A stretch of 20,000 nucleotides of DNA from Pseudogymnoascus verrucosus (lineage: Eukaryota). A program made the translations under genes and the position numbers. The notes under the pieces were generated by a model. The model had not been told where the DNA came from. It saw nothing but the letters and a program-made list of their open reading frames with translations, and made no database searches. Positions 1 to 11,436 of this stretch are shown piece by piece. The stretch lies in the NCBI GenBank assembly GCA_001662655.1, contig KV460276.1; one strand, given 5' to 3'. The first letter of the stretch is position 1. Each line of letters opens with the position of its first letter.

Positions 1-29
1 CTCACATGGCTTGTACGTCGCAGCAATTT

Positions 30-102
30 ATTGCTTTTCGCGCTAGTAGAAAGTACACTTTCCATAAAAGGGAGTACACTTGCCATAAATGGAAACTCAG
101 GT
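30..102 (+). repeat. Dispersed intergenic repeat, copy 1 (dyad plus two 21-nt direct units)
   Basis: 43-83 CTAGTAGAAAGTACACTTTCCATAAAAGGGAGTACACTTGC matches the reverse complement of 9057-9097 at 40/41 nt, and 53/60 over 43-102. Contains tandem units AGTACACTTTCCATAAAAGGG / AGTACACTTGCCATAAATGGA. Confidence 0.9.
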
Positions 103-332
103 AATGTAGAACCATAACCTAATAGGATTTATCTGTGGCCTATAGTAATTGCACAAAACACGATTGCTGTAATATTGTGGTTTTCCTAAGGATACACCGT
201 GTGTCAGCATTCTGACCAAGCAAATAATTATTTCGTAACTTAGTGCATATTCTCAACAGAGTCTGGTAAAAAGTTTCATCATTCCCATTCAATTCCAATT
301 ATTTGGCGTAGCAAAATCCACTCTCTTTACCC

Positions 333-1513
333 ATGAGTCCAATTCCGTACAATATCATCCAGGAGTGGGAACGACAAGTTCTGTCCATGGACGACCCTTT
401 CATAGCTGGAATCCCGAAGATTGAACTCCACGTCCACATTGAGGGAACTTTAACTCCAGAGCTCCGATGGAAACTTGGCCAACGGAATGGCATTTCTCTC
501 GGATCCAAAAGACTTCGGAAAGACTTCCACTCATTAGAGCAATTGAAACAATCTTACGATTTACTCCGACCTCGCAGCGTCAAAGGAAGTGGTCAAGTTT
601 CTGCTTTTTTCGATGCCTATTACGGTGGAATGGAGGTGTTGAGAGTAGAAGAAGATTTTTACGATCTCGCTATGGATTATTTCCTTAAAGCGGCCGCGAT
701 GAAGGTTCGATATTGCGAGCCTTCCTTTGATCCACAAGCCCATACACGCCGAGGGGTCAAATTCGAGACCTTCATGAGAGGGTTCAGGAGAGCGCAAATT
801 GATGCCGACCGAAAGCTCAATGTAAGAAATTCAAATCAGCTTTAGCTTTCCCTTCAGCGCTGACGGGACGTAAGGTCAAGTCGGCATGGATCATGTGTAT
901 GCTGCGAGATATGCCTCCACAGGCAGCAATAGAGCATTACGAGGCAGCTTTGCCATACAAAGACATGATTATGGGAGTTGGACTTGATTCAAACGAGTAC
1001 GATCGGCCACCTTCACTATTTGAAGAACTGTATCTCCGTGCTCGTGCAGATGGATTCAAGCTCACGTGCCATTGTGATGTCACCCAAAAGAATACCCACG
1101 AGCATATTCGCCAAGTAGCTGAATCTGTCGGTGGTACTGGAGCTGAAAGATGTGATCATGGCTTAGACGCTGCAGAGTCCCCAGAACTAGTTTCTCTCAT
1201 CAAGCACAAGGATCTCGGGGTAACACTGTGTCCATGGGCGTATGTGCGACACCATACTGAAGTAGACCTTTTCAAGCATATTCGAACCCTTTTCGATGCA
1301 GGTATCAAGGTTAACATTAGCAGTGATAGCCCGGCATATATGGAAAGCAATTGGGTCACTCAAAACCTTCTATTGGTCCGATTAAAGTGCAAGTTTACAA
1401 ATGATGAGATAGCAAAAGTAGAGAAAAATGGAGTGGAGATCTGCTGGGCGCCCAAGGAGGTGAAGGAGAACATCCTCAGGGAGATAGAGAACTTTTGCAA
1501 TTCTAGCAGTTAG
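333..1513 (+). CDS. Adenine/adenosine deaminase-family metallo-amidohydrolase, 2 exons (333-821, 875-1513), ~375 aa
   Basis: PKIELHVHIEGTL metal-binding motif, FDPQAHT, GLDS, TCHCD, RCDHG, LCP, ISSDSPAY. Intron 822-874 (GTAAGA...CTGAC...AAG) joins the two ORFs in frame. Confidence 0.93.
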
Positions 1514-1811
1514 CAGTCTCGGGGAAATATGCTGTATTTCATATCGAAATCTAAGCTAATATAACGAAGCTGACGTGACTTTGCTTGGGCATTTACTTAG
1601 GGAGAAGAGGTGAGGAAAGAGTGTAAAACGGATTTTCTGGGTAACTTACCTATTATCTTCCGAATCTTATCATCGTTCTTCAATTGTGACCAGTATGATG
1701 CAGCGAATTTTAAAATAAGAGCTCGTAGAGTCGAGTGAGTTGATGAGGTGGCTGGCGTGTTATCGCATGTAACAGCAATATGTCTGGCGAGTGTTTTTAT
1801 AGCAATTTTGA

Positions 1812-2200
1812 TTAACCCTCCACCCCAAGAGATGGTTCTTCACCCTCCATGCACCACCGCCGCTCACTTCTAGCATCTAGGAACTAACTCATTAGGTACG
1901 CCTGCATGGCTTCGCGGTCAGGTGACAGATACCCTACGCATTGCGCTTCCACCGTGACCGCAGTAATCAGTAATATGATCGATGATGCCTTGCCCCCATC
2001 CCGCCCAGCTGTCCAGACTCCTGCGAGAAGTCTGTCATCTTCTGAGGAGAGTCCACATGGATAACCCACCGGACAAACGGGTAATTAAATCCAATCCCTA
2101 GAGCGCTTGTCGCCACGATCGCTGGCTGCGCCAGCCTACTAAGCCATTCCGACAGGATCACTATGATGCACCACTCCCACTTCTATGTCCTCTGTGCAGG
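1812..2200 (-). pseudogene. RecQ-type helicase C-terminal remnant (telomere-linked/DUF3505-associated helicase type)
   Basis: IVATSALGIGFNYPFVRWVIHVDSP...DFSQESG, then an apparent 1-nt frameshift near 2011 into (R)AGRDGGKASSIILL (helicase motifs V/VI). An in-frame stop follows AMQAYLMS. No N-terminal DEAH domain is visible. Confidence 0.8.
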
Positions 2201-2216
2201 CTGACAAACAAGCTAA

Positions 2217-2630
2217 TTGTCTAAGTTCTCCCAACACCCGGACTTTATATTTTACATCTACGATATAATACCCATCCGACAGGCTACAGTAGGGAATTAC
2301 CTCCAGGTTAGGAAAGGTTATTGGTCTCAGGCTACCGCCGACATAGGTAAGTTGTCAGGTGATGGGATACACGTTGCTGCTGCTCAATTCAGGGACAAGG
2401 GCAAGATTTCGAACCCTATTGTTCGTACCCTCATTATCAATATGAGGATCATATTGTCTTTTAACCCAGAATCATATGGAGAGAAGATAGGTCTCCAAAA
2501 CCTCATTTTTGGGAACATTGGTCGTTTATGTATTCCACTCATATGGTTTACACTTAATCCTCAGGATATTGGAAATATATTTTGTGGTAAAACGGGCCAG
2601 GGAGGATATTTCGTAGGATGAGATTAGTGC
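2217..2630 (+). mobile_element. Helitron Rep/helicase N-terminal (Helitron_like_N) fragment
   Basis: FSQHPDFIFYIYDII..RQATVGN...IFGNIGRLCIPLIWFTLNPQD resembles the HPxF...P.IW(F/I)TLNP.D segment of fungal Helitron proteins. Truncated at both ends. Confidence 0.72.
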
Positions 2631-3062
2631 GAGGTAAGACAGAGGGGCTTCAATGAGGTTTGCACTCTTTCCTTCTTCCCACTAAATATGTACAACCTGT
2701 CGCACTAATCTACTAAATCAACCACACGTGCTGGCTACAAAATGAGTAGATGGACCATTCTCACTTGTAAATACCCCAAGGAAGTTGTTGGGTGTATGGT
2801 ACGTCGATTTCGGCTATATTTTTGTGATTGCCAACTGCTTCTAGGGTAAACAGAATGACACACAGAGATGTTGAACGTGAGTATCTCTCAGTCCGGCGGC
2901 CGGGGTACGAATCACCGGAGCGGTCAACCAACTGATACATCAAGGATAGCTTCAATCGAGTATACATTGTCTGGCAAAAATCCGGAGCTGGCGATGCATC
3001 TGGAGCTGGCGATGCGTGAGTGCTCCACGGGCGATCCAATACTTACGTTAAGATCTAGTTGC

Positions 3063-3473
3063 CTAGGTCTGAAGTTGCACGTCTTGATAGAGGCCATCTA
3101 GAGTCCAACGACGTGTAGATGATGCGTGGGGATGGGGGCAGCAGGAAGATACGTGACGAGTGATTGTTTCCAAGTTAATAGTCTGATGCTTGCAGCTAAG
3201 GCAAGCATAGACATGGTAGTCCTCGAGATGGAGGTGGGCGAGCGAGCCGTCGAGACGACAACGGATAGCAATCAGGTTGGGAATGTCGAGAGAGCGGATC
3301 AACGGGGTTATGTCACGCCGAGACTCTGGACAGATTCGATGTTTCTCCCACAAATGTGAAGTTGCCTGAGACTTGGAGACTGCCAAAGGATACTGACATG
3401 ACTTGCAGATCAATGCTAGACCTAGAGGGTCGTACACAAGATTCACAGCAGTCAGCGAAGAATGACCAGCCAT
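3063..3473 (-). pseudogene. DUF3505 (OrsD-like) zinc-binding domain remnant, probably the N-terminus of the RecQ-helicase gene at 1812-2200
   Basis: LICKSCQYPL...SHLWEKH...YACLSCKHQT...ITRH...YQDVQLQT pattern typical of DUF3505. The ORF stops straight after VQLQT and is on the same strand as the helicase remnant. Confidence 0.7.
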
Positions 3474-4065
3474 TGAAACGGATGATGGAGGATCAAAACA
3501 TATATATCTCGACAATAGCAGGGGATTACAATTATATGTAGAAGTTTTATATTCATACAGGAAGATACGCGGCACTCATTTGAAGCTTGGACCTTTCTCG
3601 CGTATTCTGTCAGAATCTGGACCAGCATTAAGGTCTTTAAGGCGGCTCACCCCCCCCCCCCCCCCTTTCAAATGTTGGAGTTCTGCAGTGAGCCAGTGCT
3701 TGCTCAGGGGCCAGGCGACCCAATAGCCAAACCAGCCTCAACCTTTTACTGAAAAAGTCACTTCCCATAAGGGGTAGGAGCCAAATGGTTCTACGAACAG
3801 CCATGAGAGCCGAGCGCACAAAGGAATATAAGTCTAATCCTCGTTCCCCCATTAGTTAGAACCAGCGGATCTTTTCGTGGCCTCCCAAAACGCTCCATCA
3901 CGTGAAATGTCACAAGAACTAACTATTTCAAGTGCAAATTCTGGCATTTTACAACCTTCGACAACAAGGTAGCTTGCTTGAAAATTTAGTCCAGAAAATT
4001 TAGTCAAAAATCAGGAAAACATAGGGCTTGATCATGCGTGTCCACTAGCTAGGGCTCTATATTTT

Positions 4066-5969
4066 TCAAAACTGATTTCTGTTGTCAAACCCTGTGAGGG
4101 AGATTTTGAGGGAGACGAACTGAGCGATTTCCACGCGGTGCCAAAATGACTTGCAGAGAACTTCCGACATCTGTTTTGTCCATATCAGGCCTATCAGGCA
4201 TTCCTCAGCATCCTTCCAACTCTCTAACTTCATTCTGCCCATAATATTGGCCACACGCTCCGCCAGCCACACCTTTTCAGACTCGGTCAAGGAGACTAAA
4301 GAACCTATGCAAAGCACCCAGAAGCTAATTCCTAGCGAAGCTTCATCAACAGGGTTCATTAACCCTCCTTTCTCATAATTATCTATCAGCCTCTGCTTCA
4401 GGACTCTGAGGACAGCAAATGTTGGTGAAAACTGCCGTAAGGTGTAGTTAATGTAGATCAGTGCGGCGACATAGTATCCTTGACACGTAATATAATTCTG
4501 CTGCGTCCCAGGCCACTGATCCTGTTGCCTTAGAAATGATAGTAAACGGCGCTCGAGAGAAGATTTCATTTTACTGAAGCTCATCATTTCTCCCGTGGTG
4601 GCACGGCGTCCCCCTTTAAAAGAGTTCATAATAGAAGTCATCGTACGCAGATCATTTAATACCATCATCGGATGATTGTGGAACCACAACGGAAGCACAC
4701 TGTCAGGAATACCATGCGTTACAGAATCATTTGCTCTTGATCCTCTAACAAAAGACCTAGAAGTAATATATGGGAGCGTCGTAATGCATTGAACTGGCGG
4801 AAAACGGGGAATAGAACTGGCTATCGTAGAGGAAAGCGAGTCTTGACTGTGCGTCGTTAACATCTGGTGACTATTACTATCTTCACCTAGGAACTAAATA
4901 CCAAGAAATGAGCATGTGTAGAACACCATGCATGCCTAATGCTTGTAGGCCACCTTTAAGAGTAACCATCTTCTTCAAGGCGTCCATGTGAAGGTTTAGA
5001 TCCTTGAGGTTTCCATTTATAATCTGTCTCACAGTGGTATAAATTAGTGTACAGGCCATTTAAATGTTTTAACGCAAATGCATAAGTGACTTACCTCATA
5101 TATAGCCATTAAAGTCACAGCTCCAATTGTTGAATCGCTTAACCTGTCTGCCGAAGAACTCAAGTTCATGTTGATCAACTGAATAGCCTTACCACGATGC
5201 ATAAGTGTATCTGAGCTACTGCTCTGGCCATGTAATATATCAAAATGAGCAGCTGCGAAGAAGAGTGTGGCATGAAATAGAGCTTGGTGTGCTATTGCCT
5301 CCCTAGCAAATACTATCTTTAGAGGATTTGCACCTTGGTCAGTGCTGACTGAGAGCAACGCTGGTGCAAAAACATCGACAACTTGAGGTTTAATGTCAGT
5401 CATGTCAACTGAATAGGAGCAATACTTACAATGTGACAGAAGATAACTGGCCCGATAAGAGCTTGGATTAATGTCCGGAAGCGTGTTGAATGGGTCTATC
5501 GACCCAGGCCCAAGTAGTGTCTTGGGACCACTACGGGCGATAGATATCTTGTTTAGCAGATCTAGACATTCAGGCATCTGTTCGGATTTTCCAGATAATT
5601 TGTTCAGGGAGGTTCTCGGTATAGGTAGCTTCTCCCGACTGCTTGATGCTTCTCCTGCGTGGCTGAACAGACATTCTGTGTCTGGATAGCTGTCACAAAA
5701 CAATTTTATAAGCGTTATATATCTAATAAGCACCTAGACATGACGAACCTCACACGATGATTCGTGTCATAGGACGGCCTAAACGGCATCGGTTGACGAT
5801 GTTTCAATTTGGCTCTCACTCTCCGCTGTACGTGCTTCATAGCATGTGATCGAACAACGTGCTCATTTTGTCTCTTCTGACTATAGCCAGGTTTTGTCAC
5901 AGTTATGAATTGTAGCTCAGGGTCCTCTTCACGTCCAGATGCCTCGAATCTAACGGGGCCGGAATACAT
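4066..5969 (-). CDS. Fungal-specific putative transcription factor (fungal_trans_2/DUF3468-like) lacking a Zn2Cys6 cluster; exons 5969-5734, 5689-5430, 5381-5095, 5023-4902, 4846-4066; ~561 aa
   Basis: Four GT-AG introns give a continuous frame (1686 nt). Motifs: FITVT...VVRSHAMKH, GSIDPFNTLP, ALFHATL, SDSTIGAV, HMDALKKMVTLKGGLQAL. An alternative in-frame ATG lies at 5999. Confidence 0.8.
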
Positions 5970-6223
5970 ATTGCCTGATTGATTCACGGATTGTCGCATG
6001 CGACTCGAGAGTTTCTTGTATGTTAATACGAGCCACGAAATAATAGATGAATGCACTCATTTATTATGATTGTTTGCCCTGGAAGAATAGAGTCGTTGTG
6101 AAGGAAATATGCTCTGCCCTGGCTGGTGGCGAACAGAATAGTTTTGTCGCCAAATCGTCATTCGCCAGCTAGAGCGTATTCGGGTATCCACAGTGAGTAA
6201 GCAACATGTGGTAAGTTAAGTTA

Positions 6224-7020
6224 ACGTGGTTTAACACCCGAGCGGCGCACCTAAACGAGTCGCGCACTTCCCGTGACCCTGATCACAACTATACTCAATT
6301 GTAGCACCACAACAGTCCTAATTAATTGAAACTAATCAGAACCATATACATCAGGTATCTCTTCATCTTTGTCACAAGTTGTTGCATAGTGTGCGGGCTT
6401 TCCGCAGTTGATACAGGATCGCGGACCCCGCTCCGTCCTCATCTTCTGACTACTATTCTCCCGCGTTTCCCGGCCTAACTACTCGTCTACATCTTTCTGG
6501 GCTATCATATCTTGTCCCTCTTGTGCAATAAGCGGTTATCCAAGTCGTACACGTACCTTTTTAGCTCTCCGGCGTTTGATTAAGGCTGCATTGCATATTA
6601 CAGTGACTGAACCTGGGCATTCAAGAGCGTAACTGTATGTGCTAATGCTTGTGTTCCCTTTGCAAGCCAATCAACAGCTTGATAAATTGGTGTTAGCGAG
6701 CTGCCCCGATGACTGGCAATAAGGCTTTAATAAAAGCTAACTGTGAGACAGCTTCTATTGGTTGTGAGTTGTCAAGGATGTCCAAGGATCGGCAGTTACA
6801 AGAATAGGGCTAGTTGGTTTCGGAGCCTGATCCTCCAAATCCTGCCCTGATACTGGTTTCGCCTATACAGGCAAAGAATGCAGCCTTAAATGCAATAAGG
6901 AAGTCGACCTTAGTCGCGTGGTTAATGTGTGACTTCATGAAGCCTTCAATCTGACGACCATACGCCCGCTTTAATGGACTAAAGCATCCAACGTCAAGTG
7001 GTCGAAGAAGGTGTTATGAA
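6224..7020 (-). mobile_element. 3' half of a degenerate pogo/Fot1 (Tc1-mariner) transposon with one TIR
   Basis: Minus-strand HLLRPLDVGCFSPLKRAYGRQI (DDE_1 end) near 6950-7015 and C-terminal knuckle CINCGKPAHYATTC near 6375-6415. TA at 6222-6223 is followed by TIR-like ACGTGGTTTAACACCCGAGCGGCGCACCTAAACGAGTCGCGCAC. Confidence 0.85.
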
Positions 7021-7434
7021 AAGTTGTACTTAGATGCTCTTGCAGAGCTTCTGCTTACTACAGCTATGTATTTAGCTACTATACCAGCTAACTGGTGGGC
7101 TCGGCATACCTTTCCATATCCTCGGTATGGTCATGATAACGTACGTCTAACATCTTAGAATCACTTAATAGATCTCGCTATCATGGTCTAGGTGTAGGTT
7201 TGGCTAGCAGAATACACGACCGCCATCTGTAAATCGACAGCGGTTAGACGTACACCCTTGTATCTTACAGCTCCGCCGGAACTGTGATGGCATATATTCT
7301 TAGATTGTCTTATAAAATTATTTGATATTGTAGCTTCTGCATTGACCGCAAGGCAGTTGTTTGGACAACTGAAAAAGACACCATTTGGAAAGTCAATCCA
7401 AATATTCTAGTCACCATGACATAAGCAGGTCCTC

Positions 7435-8514
7435 TCAGTTATTAGAGGAGGGCTTTCTCGCTAAAAGTGCCACCGGAGGCCAATGATAGATGGCTCCTTT
7501 TTTGGTCTCTGCGAACAGATCAAACAACAGTTGCCGACATTCCTTTTCATTTAGAATGGAAAGCTGTCCACCTTTCAATTTCGGTATAGCCTGAAGCAAT
7601 TCAACGTGGCCGGATAAATATGTATTTGTACACAATGGAACAAGGCTGGGACGAAAAGCGCTAGTTGCGCAGTCGATTACTTCTAAGCCAACTGCCTCTG
7701 CATATTTGTCGATTTCTCCTACCCAGCTACCAAAGCACGATTAGTGACTAGGAAACAGTGTTTTCCATTGTTTTCTTACATACTTGAAAATAATATTCGC
7801 ATCAGTGAAAATTGTCTTAGCTATGCGTTCGAATTCTTCGGCGACGGTGCCGTTGATGAAATTTCGTCCCAGATGCGCCTCTTCCCATTGGATATACCCG
7901 CCAGGTTCTGTAGATTGAAGTAATCAGCTATTACATATATCTTAATTGAACTGGGAAAGGAGATTATACTTAGCAGATTCATTGCATGGCGGATCAACAA
8001 ACTAGGATCGTCACCTTTCACAACGCAGCACCAGAACCGAAGGTGGACCACGTCGTACTTTCCTGCTAGATGAGGGGGTATATCTCCGAAGGCATCAAGT
8101 ACGTTTAGGCTTATGTTGTCAGCTAAGACAGCTTCCGACGGATACTGGCTACTGGAGATATCATAGCCATCTAGCTGTATTGTCTTTGGCAGATGCTCTG
8201 CCAAGTCCAAAAGCCAAAGACTATCTCATAGTCAGATTGGATATCTCTTAAAAATGCAGTCGTAGTATGCATACCCTGTTCCAGTTCCAATTTCTGCGAT
8301 CTTCATACCCGGACTGATAGGAATCTTAGGATTTAACGTATACCCGTTATGAAGTGTCCACAGGAGATGCTGCGCATCCAATCTAACAAGAACTGCTGTT
8401 ATTATCCGATTCTTTTTTTAACCGTGTCGCGGGGGTGTCATCTGCGAACCTAACAGAACCATACAAATCCCGGCCGAGGACGTAATCCTCTAATCCTGTC
8501 GACGAGTTTTCCAT
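7435..8514 (-). CDS. Class I SAM-dependent methyltransferase (LaeA-like/Methyltransf_23-type); exons 8514-8450, 8382-8275, 8220-7970, 7907-7784, 7726-7435; ~279 aa
   Basis: YVLGRD...RLDAQH, IAEIGTGTGLWLLDLA (motif I), LDGYDIS, KYDVVHLR, LLKPGGYIQWEE. All four introns are GT-AG and preserve frame (840 nt). Confidence 0.9.
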
Positions 8515-9037
8515 TGCCTCTTTGCTAATTGAGAAGTTTTTTCATATAATATATGTATAAGTTACTCATAACGTAGAAAAATGTATGCCAAAATATATAG
8601 TTGCTGGTAAAACCTTTCGTGAAAATTCTCCTCGTGAGCTTATGTCAGATATAAGCTAGGCCGTAGACAATGAATATACGCGCACGCCGTTCGACTTCCA
8701 TTCTAGTTACGTTTACCTCGAGCCGTTACAGGTGGGACCAGTATACAAATCCATGCCTTCCGATAGCTGTCGGATACGGAAGGTAATAGTGGGTCGAGAT
8801 CCTAGAAATGTATAGCCGCCTATGCAGAGTACATGGTAAGCAATGTTGATATCACATGCGAGAAGCTAACTGTTTTAGGGCTGTGGGGTTAAAAAAAGAG
8901 GCCATTGATAATCATAAAAGAAATACTACTTCAAGTCACCGACAGAGGATACGAGGGTGACTTATCCTAGTCGAGACTCCCAAGTCCCTCTTGGTTCCAT
9001 TGATGTATTACGCTGGCTTAAACTACTCCAACACTAG

Positions 9038-9135
9038 ACCTATGTCTCTATATATAGCAAGTGTACTCCCTTTTATAGAAAGTGTACTTTCTACTAGGGC
9101 TAAATACGACCAACTAGGTCACTGCAAGCACATGC
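9038..9135 (-). repeat. Dispersed intergenic repeat, copy 2
   Basis: Reverse complement of copy 1 (40/41 in core 9057-9097). Contains a perfect 8-bp-arm dyad TAGAAAGT-gt-ACTTTCTA (9076-9093) abutting CTAG. 9118-9135 matches 11437-11454 at 15/18. Confidence 0.9.
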
Positions 9136-9766
9136 TCGTGAGACCCAGATCAAACATCTAAAGCAGTCCGGTGATGACCCTAGTGGCTACAAGTAGGCGT
9201 ATGCTTACCAATTTGTACAGTTACATCACTAAGGTCCTGGACTCAAAATTCGCATGAATCAGGGTCTGTACTCTGTATTAGAGTATTATTTTCGTACTCT
9301 TAGCTCTTGATATTTATTTTTGCAAGTGGGAGTTATTCTAAGCGAATTATTACATTGCTCGCTATGGCCCTTCCCTTGAACTCTAATGTCCCTTCCATCG
9401 ATGATTTAACCCCGTCCGGCGGAATTCTACGAACTGTCACCCAAACTATAGGGCCACGGTGGTCCCCTCGCCTAGGGAAGGCCACCCACCAGTCCTAGCA
9501 ATACCGCTGGGTGTCGTGAGACTCCGGTAGACGCCGGACCTTTTCCTCACATATATATAAGGGAGTTGGAAGTGAGCGGCCACAGTCCGATATAACCGAC
9601 TACCTTGCTTTATACTTCTGTCCTGTCCACAACTCTCAAACCTAACCCATAAAGAACAAATACTGCTCTCGACCATCATATAAGATTCACTTTCCGCTCT
9701 TCTTCTTCCTCCCCTTCTTCTACGTCTTATTCTTTCGCCCACCACACCCAGTCAATTTCCGCCACC

Positions 9767-11178
9767 ATGGACGCCTTCTCTGCTCAAGCCAAGGCCCTCA
9801 TCAAGACGAACGACGAAGCTGGCCGCAAGAAGATCCTGGACACTCTGCGCGACCTCTGCTACTCACTCGAATCCGCCCAGGACTCGGCCCAGAGAATCAT
9901 GTACCTCGTACAGCATTCATCCGCTCATAACCCTTTTTGTTCCCTGCTAACACGCGGGTAGCAACTTCAAGTCGCAGCTGTCCGGATCGGTTGTGACCTC
10001 AAGCTCTTTAATATCCTCGCGGAGACTCCAACTCCCCTGACCGTGGACAGCCTGTCAAAAACGACTGGTGCAGCGCCAACACTTCTAGGTAAAAGCCTAC
10101 TGCGGGAAATCTATCTACATTTACACTGGCACAGCGACTGATTAGCGCGCCGCGTAGCCCGCATTCTGCGCTACTTGGCCTCAGTTGGTATTATCAAGGA
10201 GACAGATAAGGATACCTTCACTAAGAACAACATCACCCAGACCTTCACAAACCCTGGATTCCAGGGTGGCATTTACCATTAGTGAGTAGAGGTAGCACCT
10301 CCCGAACTCCATCTCGTTACTGACCATCTACAGCCATGACAGTATCGGCCCTGCCATAACGGCCCTCCCCGACTTCCTGAAGGAAAATAACTACCAGGAT
10401 ATCACAAGCGTTGTGCATACCCCACTCCAAAAGGCATGGAACACAGATCTCCCCGCCTTCATCTGGGTTCAGACCAAGCCGGAGAACTTTGCCCATTTCA
10501 ACCAGTTCATGGTTGCTCAGCGCCTGGGCATGCCTACCTGGCTAGATGTCTACCCATATCAGCATAAGGCAGAGAACTTGAAGCCAGAGCAGCCATTCTT
10601 TGTCGATCTCGGTGGTGGTCTTGGACACCAGAGCATTGCTCTACGCGAGAAGCTACCTGACTTGCCCAATAGGATCATTCTGCAGGATATCCCTGCGACT
10701 CTAGAGCATGCCATCAATCACCCAGGCGTGGAGATCGTAGTGCAGGACTTCTTTCAGACTCAGGTTATAGCAGGTACGATCATTCTCGCAATGCTCTTCT
10801 CTCCCACAAACCTTTACGAAAACATGTGGTGGTGCATGAAGCGGCGATGCTCACTCCTCACTAGGTGCAAAAATATACTACATGCGCAACATTATACATG
10901 ACTACCCCGAGGACAAGGCTATTCTCATCCTGAAGAATATAATTGCAGCCCTGGCAACAGACTCCGTTATCCTGATTGACGACATGGTCATTCCCAACTC
11001 TAGTGCCCACTGGCAGGCAACTCAGATCGACCTGGTCATGATGATGTCATTAGCCTCCCTGGAGAGGACCAAAGAGCAGTGGCACGAGCTTCTCGAGAAG
11101 GCGGGCTTAAAAATCAACAATATATATACCTACACTGCCAGTCTGCAGGACAGCATCATCGAGTGCGTGCCGGCTTAG
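9767..11178 (+). CDS. O-methyltransferase (Methyltransf_2, OmtB/secondary-metabolism type); exons 9767-9907, 9962-10088, 10158-10281, 10334-10773, 10865-11178; ~381 aa
   Basis: LLARILRYLAS dimerisation region, FVDLGGGLGHQ SAM motif, ILQD, QDFF, YYMRNIIHDYPE, ERTKEQW. Four GT-AG introns keep frame (1146 nt). Candidate TATA (TATATAA) near 9554. Confidence 0.95.
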
Positions 11179-11436
11179 ATGGAGATAATTTTACATAGAT
11201 CAAGCTGCGGTTATAATCTGACGCTAGTGGTTCACTGACAAGACAGCGTGATTCCTCGTCCCGTATTCTCACGTCACCTTATTCCCCTGATCTTAGCCCA
11301 ATTACGCACGCGCAGTGGTACCTGGGAATATGTTTCTGGGGTCGCACCCTGAGCTTGATGCTCGGGCTTGTGGCAAGGACATGTAAATGTAGCACTCGTT
11401 GATCCACTTCAAAGGCTAGTTTCCCCTTCTGCCAAG

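Noticed and set aside
53..94. Tandem 21-nt units as a CRISPR-like array
   Set aside because: Only two adjacent units with no spacers, in a eukaryotic context with no cas genes.
3637..3852. 71-aa ORF and 16-nt poly-C run (3650-3665)
   Set aside because: The ORF's Gly run comes from the homopolymer and there is no recognisable motif. It may be TE-end debris but cannot be supported.
3980..4005. GAAAATTTAGTC direct repeat
   Set aside because: Two-copy local duplication with no further structure.
7203..7218. GCTAGCAGAATACACG as a fourth copy of the dispersed repeat
   Set aside because: Too short, and lacks the ACTTTCYATAAAAGGG half; compatible with chance.
9076..9097. Hairpin plus CTAG as a canonical Helitron 3' end
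   Set aside because: The dyad is AT-rich and directly abuts CTAG instead of being GC-rich and ~10 nt upstream. The next base is not T, and homology between copies continues past CTAG.
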